From: the human T2T-CHM13v2.0 reference genome, Homo sapiens
Length of the DNA: 64,000 bases
NCBI RefSeq assembly: GCF_009914755.1
Contig: NC_060937.1
Direction: 5' to 3' (one strand)
Positions 25,293 through 38,959 of the stretch are shown here, piece after piece. Within the stretch, counting starts at the first letter, position 1. Each line of letters begins with the position of its first letter. The notes below the pieces were generated by a model. It was not told the origin of the DNA, ran no database searches, and was given only the letters and a program-made list of their open reading frames with translations. A program made the position numbers and the translations under genes.

Positions 25293-26399
25293 AATCTGAT
25301 AGTGGTCAGACAACTTACCCAAGGAGACATATGTTTAACAAATGGCAGAGCCAAGATCCAAACTCAAGTCAGTCGGCTTTGGTACAGGGCATGACTCAAT
25401 AATCTAGCAGAACCAAAAAGTGGGCTATTTCTAGACACCCCAGAAATACGCAGTTCAATTAATTTAGTAAAAAACTGACACCTGTCCTTAAAATAGTAAA
25501 TGTTACTTCTAGTCATCATGGCTAGACACCTTCAGACAATTTATATCTAAAATATACAGATTTATCAGAGTATTACACGTATGTTTCTAATAAGAAATGC
25601 TCCTAATTGAAGATGCTTCAATTTTACTTAATGATTTTGCATTGGTTTGAAGGTAAAGTTAAAACATAAAGGATTAATTTAGTCTGGTGTAGAGGGAATG
25701 AATTCCTTTGTTTCATTACCCAAATTAAATACTACATATATTTAAAAATTCAGTTGCATTATTTTGAATAAAACAAGATGTTTTACAAAGGCCATTAAAA
25801 TGATGTTGGTGACAAAGCATAAGTTCCATCACCTATTACGTAACCCAAGTTAGGGTAATGCTGCACAAACACATAAAACTGAATACCTCAAATACATATT
25901 GCTAGTAAAAACAGAGTTAATTCTAAAAAAACTTTGGCTTTAATACATTAGATTGGGGGAGGGGGACAGCAGGGGAAGACCAGTTATGTTATATGAAGAG
26001 ATTTTCTTTAAAACCAAGTTTCTTACCTAATCAGGATAACTAAATTAAATGAGTGATTAACCTGTTTTAACACTGAGGTATGCTTGGAACAGAAAGTATT
26101 TTTTTAATGAAGTATTTACATTATGTAAACATATATAACAACATCTATGTAAGTTAGGAAGTATAACGGTAGAACAAACACCCACAAACTGCCCCCCGCT
26201 AAACTAAGAACGTTATCAACACCACTGAAACTCTTATGCTCCTCCTCATCCTCTACTCCCACACCAGGGGCAATTCTTCTCCAGCCTGAAATCATTCCCA
26301 TTTAATTAGTTACTATATTTACTATGTTTAGTTACTATGTTTATTGGCTTCCTTCCTCCACTAAAACATACTAGACAAAGGCAGAAGTTTTGTTTACTA

Positions 26400-27030
26400 A
26401 TACTTGATTAGACTTACTACTTGTCAGTCCCTATTCTACACGTTATGTATATTACCTCATTTAATCCTTTAAATAACCACCTCATCTAGGTACCATTATT
26501 ATTCCCATTCATATAGAGGAGGAAACCAAGGCGCAAAGGAGTTATGTGACTTGATAAGGTCATACTCATCACCACTATGAAAAGCAAAAAATACTTCTGC
26601 ACTCTTATCATAACAGATGCTGTCATGTTTTAGTAATCTTCAGTCCCTTGAAAGACTGGTTATCACTGGAAATAGTTTTTTTTTAAAATAATAAAAATTC
26701 AACAAATATATATTGAGCACCCATTTTGTGTCAGGAACTGTTCTAGGCACAGGGGATTCAGTATGAACAAAATGGACAAAAGTCTCTGTCTTCCTGAAAC
26801 TTACATTCAACTGGGGCTGAAAAAGTAAACAAGACAAATAAGTACATATACAGTATGTGAGATAAGGACAAGTACCCAGGAGACAAATTAAAGAACAGAA
26901 GCAGGGATATGAAAGATCAGAGAGGATGAAATTTTAGCTAGCCTTCAAAGAAGGACTCCCTGAGAAAATGAGTTTTGAGTAAAGACCTAAGAGAGATGAT
27001 GGGATTAGTCATGGAAGAACTCTTCCAGCA
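26400..27030. mobile_element. MIR followed by LINE-2 3' fragment
   Basis: MIR core (GAGGAAACCAAGGCGCAAAGGAGTTATGTGACTTG) and L2 end (ATTCAACAAATATATATTGAGCACC). Confidence 0.7.
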
Positions 27031-27819
27031 GGGAGAACAGCAAGGGGAAATGCTGTATTCAAGAGACCCAACAAAGTCAAGACAGCATGATGCATCATAG
27101 GACTGCGCAGTAACCAATGTATGATACAAGAGATCTCTCTCACTTTTGCTATCTTGGTTTTCTGAAAGACTCTTTTTTAAAGAAGCATGCTTACTGAGAC
27201 CATCATTATGGTACACGGTGCATTTAAGAAACACTGTTCTGCACTTAATAGCAATAGGTATTACATGCCACTTTATATTCTAAACTAGTTTCTTCAAGAA
27301 TTATTTTGGGATGCTTTTCACTTTCCAATAAAAACTTTCCCTGTCTGGAAGTACAAATAAGTCAGGTCCTCCTGTAGAATCATCTGTCTACAAAATTTAA
27401 GCACTAGATATGCAATGATAGCTCTTTTTTGAGTCTTGCTTTGGATAGTTTCAAGAAGCCATGAGAATTAATCGCATAGGGAATCTATTACAGAGCCTTT
27501 TAAAGCTACTTCTGACTAAGCATGGTGCACCGAACACACTCATTTATCTTTATTTCTACCTCACACCACTAAAGAGATGAGAACCCAGTTTTAAATGCAT
27601 AAGGATAGAGTAAATATAAAAGAGACGTCAATTTCAATAGTTTTTCAAAGCTGGAAAAAAGACGGTAATTCATCAAGTTGAAACCTGAGCAAGCCGTAAA
27701 GAAAGTCCAAAGACCATTGATATGCAGTAAAGAACTCAATACTCAAAAAGTACAAGGTGCAGACAACATAAGTCTGTATAAGACAGACCCAATCTTACCC
27801 AACTGAATAACTGAGCAAT

Positions 27820-28342
27820 TGTATCTGGAATTGGTTCCTTCCCGTGGGTTGTTGGTCTCGCTGACTTAAAGAATAAAGCCGTGGACCCTCGCAGTGAGTG
27901 TTACAGCTCAGCTCATAAAGGTAGTGCAGACCCAAAAAGTGAGCAGCAGCAAGATCTATCGCTAACAGTAAAACAACAAAGCTTCCACGGCGGGGAAGAA
28001 GACCCGAGCGGGTTGCTGCTGCTGGCTGGAGTAGCCAGCTTTTATTCCCTTATTTGGCCCTGCCCACATCCTGCTGATTGGTCCATTTTACAGAGCACTG
28101 ATTGGTCCATTTTACAGAGTACCGATTGGTCTGTTTTTACAGAGTGCTGATTGGTGCGTTTACAAACCTTTAGCTAGACACAGAGCGCTGATTGGTCCAT
28201 TTTTACAGAGTGCTGATTGGTGCGTTTACAAACCTTTAGCTAGACACAGAGCACTGATTGGTGCGTTTCCAATCCTTTACCTAGACAGAAAAGTTCTCCA
28301 AGTCCCCACCCGACCCAGAAGCCCAGCCGGCTTCACCTTTCA
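27820..28342 (-). mobile_element. Solo LTR12 (ERV9 family, LTR12F-like)
   Basis: TG...CA termini, 4-bp TSD CAAT (27816-27819, 28343-28346), 7 CCAAT boxes in tandem repeats (28077-28262), typical LTR12 R/U5 sequence. Confidence 0.92.
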
Positions 28343-28775
28343 CAATGACTAACAATTCTCTAGTATAGCCAACACTCAGTCAAAAGGAACCTAGAGGAAA
28401 CAGAGACAGTGTAGGGAACTGAAGAAACTTGTAAAATCCTAAAAGATTACATGGATAAAATAAGAGGAGGACAACATTCAGAACACTAGAAAGAGCTCTT
28501 GGAAACTGAAAAATTGATATGAGAGCATAAGTGAAAATGTGCTAGAATAGAAAGTAAAGTTGAAGAACTATCTCAGAAACTAGAACAAAATACCAAAAAG
28601 GTTAATACAGGAAAGAAAATAAATAACAGCTATTAATATTTAGAAGGGCTAACACCCTAACAAAAGAAGTTTCAGAAATGTGCAATATGGACAGGAGAAA
28701 AGTGTCATAAAATAATTCAAGAAAACTTCCTAGAACTACAGATCAGGCTTTTTAAAATTAACAGAGCCTATCAAG

Positions 28776-29720
28776 TACAATCTGTTCCATTATAAAACTT
28801 GTTTGGAAAACACCAATTTGTTCCAACACAATTCATATGTTAGAGAACAATTTGAGCGTAATGCACATTTCACATTTGCTTATGTGTGATTTTGTTTGTG
28901 AGAAACATCAGGTGAACGCAGGAAACTGCACCCAGCTGAACCAAAACTGCACCTAGGAAAACGCAAACAGCACATATCTCAAACATGTAACAGCTACCTC
29001 AGTTCGGCACGTTTGTTACTCTGCAAAATTATGTTTTGCTATTCTTTCGCAAAGGATAACTTTTCTATATAAAAACACGCATTCAACATCTCAAATATGT
29101 CTAATCACACTGGATCAAAAACATCAAGCAGCATGCACAAAAGAAAAGCTTTTAAATATTGAGAAGCCAGAAATAAGGCATTTTGAAAGAAATGAGAGAA
29201 TATGTGATGAGAACATGTGGTATCTCCCAAGCAACAGAAATAAAATTCATGTTGTGGGCCTTCACAAACAACGCATGGAAATAAAAGAAACGCCTATTGG
29301 TAAAGCAATTTCAAGGGCTGCAAAAAGAGCAACCCCTAAAGAAACAGAAGAAAAAGAAAGCTTGTTGAATATATGTACTGAAAAGCAAATAGCAAAAAAA
29401 AAAAAAAAAAAAAAAGGAATACTTTTTCTCAGAATCAAAGAGAAAGCACTATTTATATAAAAAGGAAATCGCTAAATCCTGCAGAATTTGCTCCTTTTGT
29501 GCTAGCAGTGGCTGGTTTAGTAGTTTCAAAAATCTCTATGATTTCCAAAGCCTTCGGTTGTAGGGTGAAGCAGAGAGCTCACCTAAGAAAACTGCAAAAA
29601 GAATTTCCAGCAGTGATACAGAAGCTAACTGAAGAAGGTGGCTATATATTGGGTCAAACTTTCAATTCTGATGAAATAGTTATCTATTACACATACATCA
29701 GATCTGTCAACTGACACTGT
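28776..29720 (+). mobile_element. Tigger (pogo/TcMar) DNA transposon remnant with decayed transposase
   Basis: Peptide remnants ASSGWF and KEFPAVIQKLTEEGGYILGQTFNSDE resemble the Tigger HTH/DDE region. The frames are broken. Confidence 0.7.
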
Positions 29721-30176
29721 TTCATATTCTTGGACAGAATTAGAAAACTAAGTTTCCAAGGATTTCAAAGTCTGCTCATATAAAAGTAGAACAAGTTCTA
29801 GGATCTACTTTCACTTTTGAAACAGATAGGTGAAATCTTTGAAGCCTTTCCAGTCACTATATTCTATCAAATCTGATCCTCCTAATTTCTCACTGTGATT
29901 CTATCAGCAAAAATTCTTAATGTTCTCTTAATAGTATGATCCTTTTCCTTTTTAATTCCAACTAAAGCATCATTTCCAAACAACCTTTGAAAGCATCTAT
30001 GATGTTGTTTTAGCCATTTAAGTCCATAAATGCAATTATAAAACATCTTCATCAGTACTGACTTTAGTGCAGCTTTTTAAAGAGTCAGATTTTGAGCACT
30101 GGAGTTAGAGCCTAATTCAAATTTCCAAAAATCACTTATTCATAGTAAAATGGAAGTGATAATACATATTTCATAA

Positions 30177-31853
30177 TGATGGCAACAGCAGCCCATCTAG
30201 AGCAGCCACTGCAAAGACGCTGGCTGCAGCTGGGGAGGCGCGGCGGGCATTGCAGGCTCCAGAGAGACAGCAAGGGCCAGGAACAGGCGGGAGCCCCACC
30301 CCCTACCAAGTTAGCAGGACAGAAGCCTGCACTCCCAGGCACAGCTGCAGCTGCCCAGCCGTACCTCCAGACCTGGGCATCCCTGTGCTCTCGGGGACCC
30401 AGGAAGCCCCACTTCCCCCACAGGCTTGGAAGGGCCCGATCCTGCTCTCTGGTCTCTCCCCACTCCCAGTGCCCGCTCTGATTTTGCAGCAAAGTTATGG
30501 CCAAGCCTGGGCGCTGTCCGACCAGGTGTGTGTGTGCGCTCGGGGCAGCAGCTGACATGCCAGCCACCCCTACTCTGCCTCGGCCCCCTCTGGACCTTGG
30601 GCACCGACAAGTGCAGGAAGAAGGCCAGGGTGGGGCTGAGGGCAGCTCCATGCAAACCTGCAGGCACCCCTCAGTACGAACAGCCTGGGCACTGTGGATG
30701 GCATGTTGATGGCGGGAGGCAGACAGGTTCTTGGAGAGAAAGGGGAGGATCCCTAGTGAAACCCCACTTTCAAGTGGTAGATGGCCTAAAGCCTGGGGGC
30801 TGGGCTGCCAGTTCCGGGTGGAGTCCGTGGGATGGCAGTGAGAACTTGTGCTTTTTCCAGGCCCACTCATGGCCGTCCATGGACCAATCAGCACACACTT
30901 CTTCCCTTCTAAGCCCATAAAACACCCCCGGACTCAGTCAGACTTGCACAGATGTGGGGACTACCGGTTGCAGGAAGGAGCGACCCACTTGGGGTCTGCT
31001 CGACTTGTGGGGAATGACCTGCCTGTGGAAAGGAGCTATCCACTATGGGTCTCCTCTCCACTGAGAGCTGGACACTTGCCAGGATGACCTGCCTGTGGAA
31101 AGGAGCTACCCACTATGGATATCCTCTCTGCTGACACCTGGACACTTATTGGCACGACCTGCCTGCAGAAAGCAGCCACCCACTTTGGGTCTCCTGAGAG
31201 CTGTTCTGTCACTCAATGAAGCTCCTCTCTGCCTTGCTCTCCCTCCAGTTGTCCACATACCTCATTCTTCCTGGACACGAGACAAGAACCCAGGACCTGC
31301 CGAGTGGTGGGACTGAAAGAGCTGTAACAGAAACAGGGCTTGCCACATTGCAGGTGACAAGAAAGAGAGAAGAGCTGCAGCCCTTCAGGAAGCCCAGACC
31401 TAGGGGCTCCCCAACCCAGGGCTGTGACACCCTCTTTGGGGCTCTGCAGTTCCTGGCATCTCCAAGCTTCCAGGCGCCACTGCACTCCCCGGTGCCCACA
31501 GTGGAAGCCACTTACAGTATGCCTGGTCTAGCCGCAGCCTTGCACAGAGCCGGCGCCTAGAGCTGCCTACCCCGCTGCAGCCAGCACACCTGGCTGTGCA
31601 CAGTGGTGAGACCCCAGGCTCGTTTCACACACCCCTTGCCACTGACCCTTGGCAGGCATGGGTGCCTGTCTCATCCTTGGCAGGCATGGGATCCAGGACA
31701 GTAGCACAAGCGGAGAGCAGCCAGCGGAAAGCAGCCAGCCAGGCCAAGTGGGTGGAATTATTAGCTCAGAGGGCCTGAGAAAACTCCAGCAAAGGTACCC
31801 CCAGCCACAGAGGTTTCTGGCTGAAAAAGCGACACCCCAAGGATCCTGTGACA
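30177..31853 (+). mobile_element. Solo ERV1 LTR, MER52-like (~1.68 kb)
   Basis: Starts TGATGGCAACAGC and ends GGATCCTGTGACA, with 4-bp TSD ATAA. GC-rich, CCAAT ~30884, CATAAAA ~30916, internal ~70-bp repeats (GACCTGCCTGTGGAAAGGAGCTA). Confidence 0.85.
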
Positions 31854-34800
31854 ATAATATTGTTATGACATTTAAAAGAGATAACACAAGAAAAGAACCT
31901 GGCTCTTTCCACAGTAATTAAGGTGACCAATTAAGGTGAAGCCCTTGTGTTCTGAACTACTTGGTTTTAGCCATAATTGGGGTTAATCAAAAGAGATCCT
32001 CACATTTCTCAAATTACTCCTTAAAGTAGAGAGTTGCTTGAGAATGGCCTAATATAAAAAGTATTATTATAGATTACTTCCAAAGGAAATTTTTTTCAAA
32101 TACGAAAACCACCTTTATACAGCTTGATGCCCTTTTCCATGACACAGAATAATTATCTGGAGAAGCAATTTATAAGTGACTTCATTGTTTTTGGTAAAAG
32201 GGCAACTCAAATTTTGCCTTAATCCCTATGACATGATGAATTAGTTCAGAGGGTGATTCCTAATATTTTTTTACTTTATGTCTTTAAAGAGAACCACCTC
32301 TTACTTCCTCACCCATTTATTTGATGTCCTAAACTGTGTTAGAGTCCTTGCAGCCTCTTTCACAGAGGCCATCTCTGCCCTCCTAGACTGTCCTCTAGGA
32401 AAAGCTATGGAGGGAGGCCCCATCCGCTTCTAGTGTTCTCTTCCCTTGATTTTGTCATATTTGTTGCTCCAGCAGGAAATCAAGTGACCTTCTCCCCAGA
32501 ACAAGGAAGAGGAGATAGTCTTTCTTTCCCACCACAGCTCCTTTCCACAAATACTTAATTCACAAACATCTTGTGCCTGGCATTATAGTAGTTACTGGGC
32601 TTCTTTCGAGGAGTGAAGAAGCCCTCCTTCTAAAAAGCTTTCAAACCAAAAAATGCTAGTAGAAATGTGAAAACAATGGTTTTTCTTAGCAGTAGGAATG
32701 ATATAATTTATCATCTAGCTTTATCACAGACCAGTAGAACAGAGATGTTTTCAGATAAAAACAGCTTTCTTGTTATAAATTAAAGTTCAAAGAGAAAAGG
32801 AAATGCAAAACAATACTTTTAAACCAAATTTAACTAGGACAGTGGAATGTTTATTGAACAGCTAAATCCTAGGTAATATAATAAGCATGGTACACAGTAT
32901 CTTGCTTAATATTCAACTCACGTCTATTATCATTGCATATACAAATTAGTAGTTAACTGAGACTATGCAAAATTAATTTGTTCACTCTCATACTGCTAGT
33001 AAGTATAATAGCTGACCTGGAATATGAACTCAGGTTTTTCTGACTCAAAAATCTAACTTCTTTCCATACACTTAAATATTTATTTAGTGCCTACCTGTGG
33101 TAAGCATTGTGACTGGCCCATAGTCCAGAAGGGGTGGTAGATGTGTAAGCAATAATTATAGGGCAAAGTAATAAGTGTGATATCTTAGGTATATGGCAGG
33201 TACCAGGAAAGCATAAGAGAAGGTAACCGAGTAAAGTACTAGATGGTGAGTAGTCAGTAAAGATTTCACCAAGGAATTTTCTCCTAAATTAAATCATCAA
33301 GAATAATCTTAAAATCATTAATTAGACCAGAGAATGACTGTATTAAGGGAAAAGCAGAAAATGTCCAAAACAGAGGCAGTAAGTCAAAGCATCGTTATGG
33401 AAGGTGCCCAAACAGTAGGGTCCTCTGAAATAATTACAGTATGGTGGGAAATTAAGGCAGATAAATACTCATTCAGAGATCTTCTAATCCCCCAAAACAC
33501 TGAAAACACTGCTAAGGAATCCGAAATTCACCCCACAGCACATGAGCCCCAGCCAATCAGAACAGATACCAGTTGTAAATGGCCAGTTCAACCTAACTAG
33601 TGCAAACCAGCGAAATATCAACCCTGCCTTTAGGAAATAGGAGCACCAGTGGGGTGTTTACCGCAGGGGAGTAGCCTGACCAGCTCTGTATTTTAGGAAG
33701 GCAATTCCTAAATATATAGCATGAAGATATAATATGAAGTATGAACAGAAGGAAGGCAAAAGCAGAGACCAGGAATAAATTCTGTTAAAGGGTTTCTGCT
33801 GGAGGGAGAGGGGAGATAAATGATTTTAAAAGACGCCAGGTAATCAAAATGTAAACATCATTTCAAATGAGTCTATTACAATAACAAATAGGACTATGTA
33901 TTATACAGAAACCATTACACAATAAGAATAATTCAGACTGGTGACTCTGCGATTACCCCCACAAATATATTTGAATGTTATTTCAGCAGAGTAACAAGAA
34001 AATTACTATCATTTAACTAAGCACCTTGTTTTGTTCAAGTTACATAACATCAAACATCTATTTTACAAACATTTTTGGAAAGGTGCTGGACCATAGAAAA
34101 TATGGTTCTATAAACTCTACATCACAATGGCCTCATTTAATCTATTTTATGGAAAAAGAAAGCAGACTTGTTCAACAAAAGAAAGAAGTACTGATATATT
34201 TCTAATAAGCCTCTGAGTCCTACTCTGTGATCATTTTATTATAGCAAATGTTCAAGCTATATATTCTGGCCCACACTACTTTCAGTTATATGGATCACTA
34301 CTCCAGTAAACCATTTACAAGCCTACAAATGGCAATGTGTACAATTACAGCACAAAAATCTAAATAAAAACAAATCTTATACAATATCAAGATCTGTAAA
34401 GTGTCCATATTATGAGATACAAGATATTAGAGGTTCCTCTACTTATAGTATTTGTCTGGGTGCTTTAAGTAGTTGATATAGGCTCTATTTCCAAATCAAT
34501 AAGATAATATAAAAATTCAGAAAGACCCTCAAAGGAACACAAAATAAGTCATAAAACTAGAGTACAGGAGAATAAGGAACAAAAAGAATCAAGCATGGTA
34601 TGTCTCAGATCCATTAGGACGATTAATGTGTTTGGGAATTTTTAAAAACTGTTCACTTATTTGTGAAAAGTAAAGAGTTACAGCTAACATATAATTACAA
34701 ACTATAAATTATAAAGATTTTAGATGCATATTGCACTTACAAAGAGTTTGAGGAACTTAAACAGTTTAAATCCTGCCAGTCATCAATGAAAGAGATCACT

Positions 34801-35659
34801 TAATACTTTCTTTCTTTCCCCTACTAATCCTAGTTCTAAAATAAAAACTAAAGCTGATCATACAAGAAAATATTGCCTATGAGTTTCTCATGTGTTTGAT
34901 TAAAGGGATCAGTTTTACTTGACAAAGTAACAAAAACAGACATCACCATCTCTGTATAAGCATAGAGAACAAAAGTAATAAATAGACATAAAAGCTACAT
35001 GGTATTTCCTAAAATTATGAATTTTCAGCAAACAGTCCATGGAAATTTCTTTTAAGTGTGGTAATGACCTAACATCCATACATCAAATTCAACTTATTTG
35101 ACAAATCTGCAAGCTTCTCACATATCTGTATTACTCTTCAGTCTATCCAGAATTATAGAAATAGCAGTTCTAGCTAAACTGCAGTTTAATTACTGGTTGA
35201 CTTTGAATTAGAAGTTAAGGTGGCTAAACAGCCCATATGTTAAACATAAAAAACTTAAACTCAGAGGTGGGTCAATGCAAATAAAATCAGATTCACTGTT
35301 GAATTTCATTAGGAGGTTTGCATAAAGAGAACAGTTCTCTCTTTCAAAATGGCCTTTTTAAACAAATAGCTAACTCCTTAAATGTGTGGCATTTGATTAG
35401 AGGATTTCATGAAAAAAATGTATTTGCAAATTAATGGCCATTTGCTCTAAAGATATAATAAAGAAGAAAAGGTTTTAAAGAATCCTTACCTATAATCCAA
35501 TCATGGTAATTGTCAAAGAATGCCAGAGTAGAAGATTAAATCATAAGAGAAAAATTAGTCATTTCCCATACTGTTTACTGTACCTGTTTTTGAGTTATCT
35601 TACATGTATGTACCTAGCTTAAATTTTCATATTCAAGCATGAAACCCTCATGCTGGCCT

Positions 35660-35948
35660 ATGGAGAGTTCCACAGTGCTAAGAACTGAGGTGCTTCCTGC
35701 CAACAGACAGCATCAGCTTGCCAGCCATGTGAGTGAGCTGTCTTAGGATGGATCTTCCGGCCCCAGTGTCAAGTCTTGGGATGATGGAAGCCCTAGCTGA
35801 CATCTTGACCTCATGAGAGACCCTGAGCCAGAACCACCTAGCTAAACCACTTCCAAATTCCTGGCCCTCAGAAACTAAGATGATCCTCATTGTTTTAAGC
35901 CACTGAATTTTAGGGTAACTTGTAATGTAGCAATAGAGACCTAATAAA
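35660..35948 (+). mobile_element. MLT1 (ERVL-MaLR) LTR 3' fragment
   Basis: TTGTTTTAAGCCACTGAATTTTAGGGTAACTTGTAATGTAGCAATAG, a typical MLT1 3' end. Confidence 0.8.
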
Positions 35949-37166
35949 AGGACATGTAAAAATAATAATAGTATTTTAGTGTGACTGTAATAGAAGAAGA
36001 CTGGGAGTAATTTTGTCTTCTACTTCCTAAACTTTCTTTAAGGTTATGTCACTTTCATTGTTCCATTTTTTTAAAAGCGTAATGTTCATATTACTCCCAC
36101 CATTTTCTTTGGAGAAGTTTTACCGAAGTCATTCACTCATTGAACAAATGCCTGCGAGGATGACAAGTCAGAATAGTCACCATCACTGACCTTACGGAGT
36201 TTACAGACTTTAATCAAATTTGTCTAGGATTACAGATAGTGACATAGTGATATAGTCTTTTTTTTTTCCCTATGTTTCTGGAAGGCAAATTAATTCCTTC
36301 TAGAAGGCAAATCAATTAAGTGATTAGTAAATGGGATAATGATGTCAGCATAACACAAAAATTGTATTGGTTCACAGGGTTTTTTCCTTCACAAGAGCAC
36401 TCAGTACAGCTGGTGAATTACAGCCTTTATCAAGAATGGAAAGAGCTCTCAGCTCTGCTGTATAGCAGCAGGAAGAATCTTTTCATTTGTATTTAACAAG
36501 ACCTAAAAGCAAGCACTTCCACCAGGAGCCCCTACCAGCTTTGTGCTCCTTTCAGCTTATGCCAGGTTACCCTGACTCTTGTACCCAACCTTACTGCAGC
36601 GCCCCTGGTTTGGAGCTCCACTTCCTTCTGTGTTATATCAGCACCTGCCACCTCTGCTCTAATTAAAATGTTGGTAGCATTTCACTCTTCTTTGTGTATT
36701 TTTTAATACCTACCATTAGAGCTTGCTGTTTTACTAAACTGGTACCAACTTTTTGTTTTCTCACTGCTCTGGTTACAATGCTGCACAAGTTTTGAGTGGT
36801 TGACCCCCACCGTGTTTTCTTCATAGGCTGTCTTATTTTTAACACATAATGCTGCAGAATGAGGTATTTAGGAACATATATATCGTGGCATAGAAGAAAT
36901 GTCTGAAGGAAACTTTCACGGTACTAGGACAGTATGTAACACAGGACCTTGACCTAATATGGAAATAGCATGTGTGAAGGTTTAAAGCACAGAGACAGGA
37001 ATACAAGGAGAGCCTCCCAGGAAAAAAAAATGCAGGCTTAAACTTTGTCTTTACCCCCGAAGACTTTGCCAGGCTAAGAAAGCTATATTCACGTCATATG
37101 GCTGAAGCATTCCTTTTTCTAATAGGACTCTGTGGGGGGACACGAGCATGACAATGATGAGACTAA

Positions 37167-37327
37167 TTCAGTGGTTCTCAACCTTGGATGAACTTCAGAA
37201 TCATGTAGGAAGCTTTTAAAAAATACAGATGTTCAGGCTCATGCCTCAGAGATTCAGACTGTACTCATCTTGTGTGAGTCAGCTGCCACAGGTGATTTCA
37301 ATGTGAAGCCAGGGCTACAAACCACTA
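37167..37327. mobile_element. MER5-type hAT MITE
   Basis: CAGTGGTTCTCAACC start and ACCACT end. Confidence 0.7.
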
Positions 37328-37447
37328 GACCAGAGGGGGCACTGGCAGCAATCAGAGCATTGGAGAATAGCTCTTAGGAAGAAATTTTCTAAACAACAAC
37401 AAAGCCCACGACTGATATTACTTATGTATTAAAAAGTTGGCAATTTG

Positions 37448-37783
<336 letters not shown>

Positions 37784-38247
37784 TTAGCAAATAAGACTGT
37801 TTGTTCATTTTTCCCAACAAAATTTACAAGGATATTCCTAGGACACAAGCAGGGCTGGAAATAAGCAGAGCTGCAGTGTGAGGGCCAATCCCCCAGGAGC
37901 ACTCATCTAGACTTCTCAAGAAGGCAGCACATAGGGCTGGCATCCAAGGGCTAGGATTTACGATCCTCAAGAAGCTAGGGAAGGGGTATAGGGAGAGGGT
38001 GGAAGCTTAGAACTAGTACCAGAGGGATTTGGGTAAACTATTCAGTGCGACTTAGCACATACAAATAATAGCACGTACCATTTTAAAACATGGCCATCTT
38101 TGGAATGTCAAAATAAAGGACAAAAATGTACAGAGTGGTTTAAATACCATCCTATTATATGGAGGTAGATAAGTGGGTGGCAACAAAAGTTTTCAAACTT
38201 GGTAATCAGAGTCACAGGAGGGGATATTTTAAAAATACAGATTCCTT

Positions 38248-38577
<330 letters not shown>

Positions 38578-38641
38578 TCAAACCTTATGAATTAGAATCT
38601 CCAGAGATATAAAATAATAAATTAGCAACAATAACTGCTAT

Positions 38642-38948
38642 GGCCGGGCATGGTGGCTCAAGCCTGTAATCCCAGCACTTTGGGAGGCCGAGGTGGGCAG
38701 ATCACTTGAGGTCAGGAGTTTGAGACCAGCCTGGCCAACAAAGCGAAACCCCATTTCTACTAAAAATACAAAAATTAGCCAGGCATGGTGGTGCACACCT
38801 GTAGTCCCAGCTACCCGGAGACTGAGGCAGGAGAATTGCTTGAACACGGGAGGTGGAGGTTGCAGTCAGCCAAGATCACGCCACTGTACTCCAGCCTGGG
38901 CAACAGAGCAAGACTCCTTCTCAAAATAAACAAAAAAACAAAAAAAAA
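38642..38948 (+). mobile_element. Alu (AluS-like)
   Basis: Full dimer; TSD AATA(A/G)CTGCTAT. Confidence 0.95.
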
Positions 38949-38959
38949 TAGCTGCTATG

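Noticed and set aside
28070-28290. CRISPR-like repeat array
   Set aside because: These are the tandem CCAAT enhancer repeats of LTR12, with no unique spacers and no cas genes, in eukaryotic DNA.
29215-29714. Domesticated TIGD-like transposase gene
   Set aside because: Multiple stops, frameshifts and a poly-A insertion; a fossil Tigger.
30136-31921. Long overlapping ORFs up to 260 aa
   Set aside because: All lie in a GC-rich solo LTR, are open in several frames on both strands, and show no recognisable domain.
37329-37345. Additional CTCF-like site ACCAGAGGGGGCAC
   Set aside because: The 5' half fits the consensus spacing poorly.
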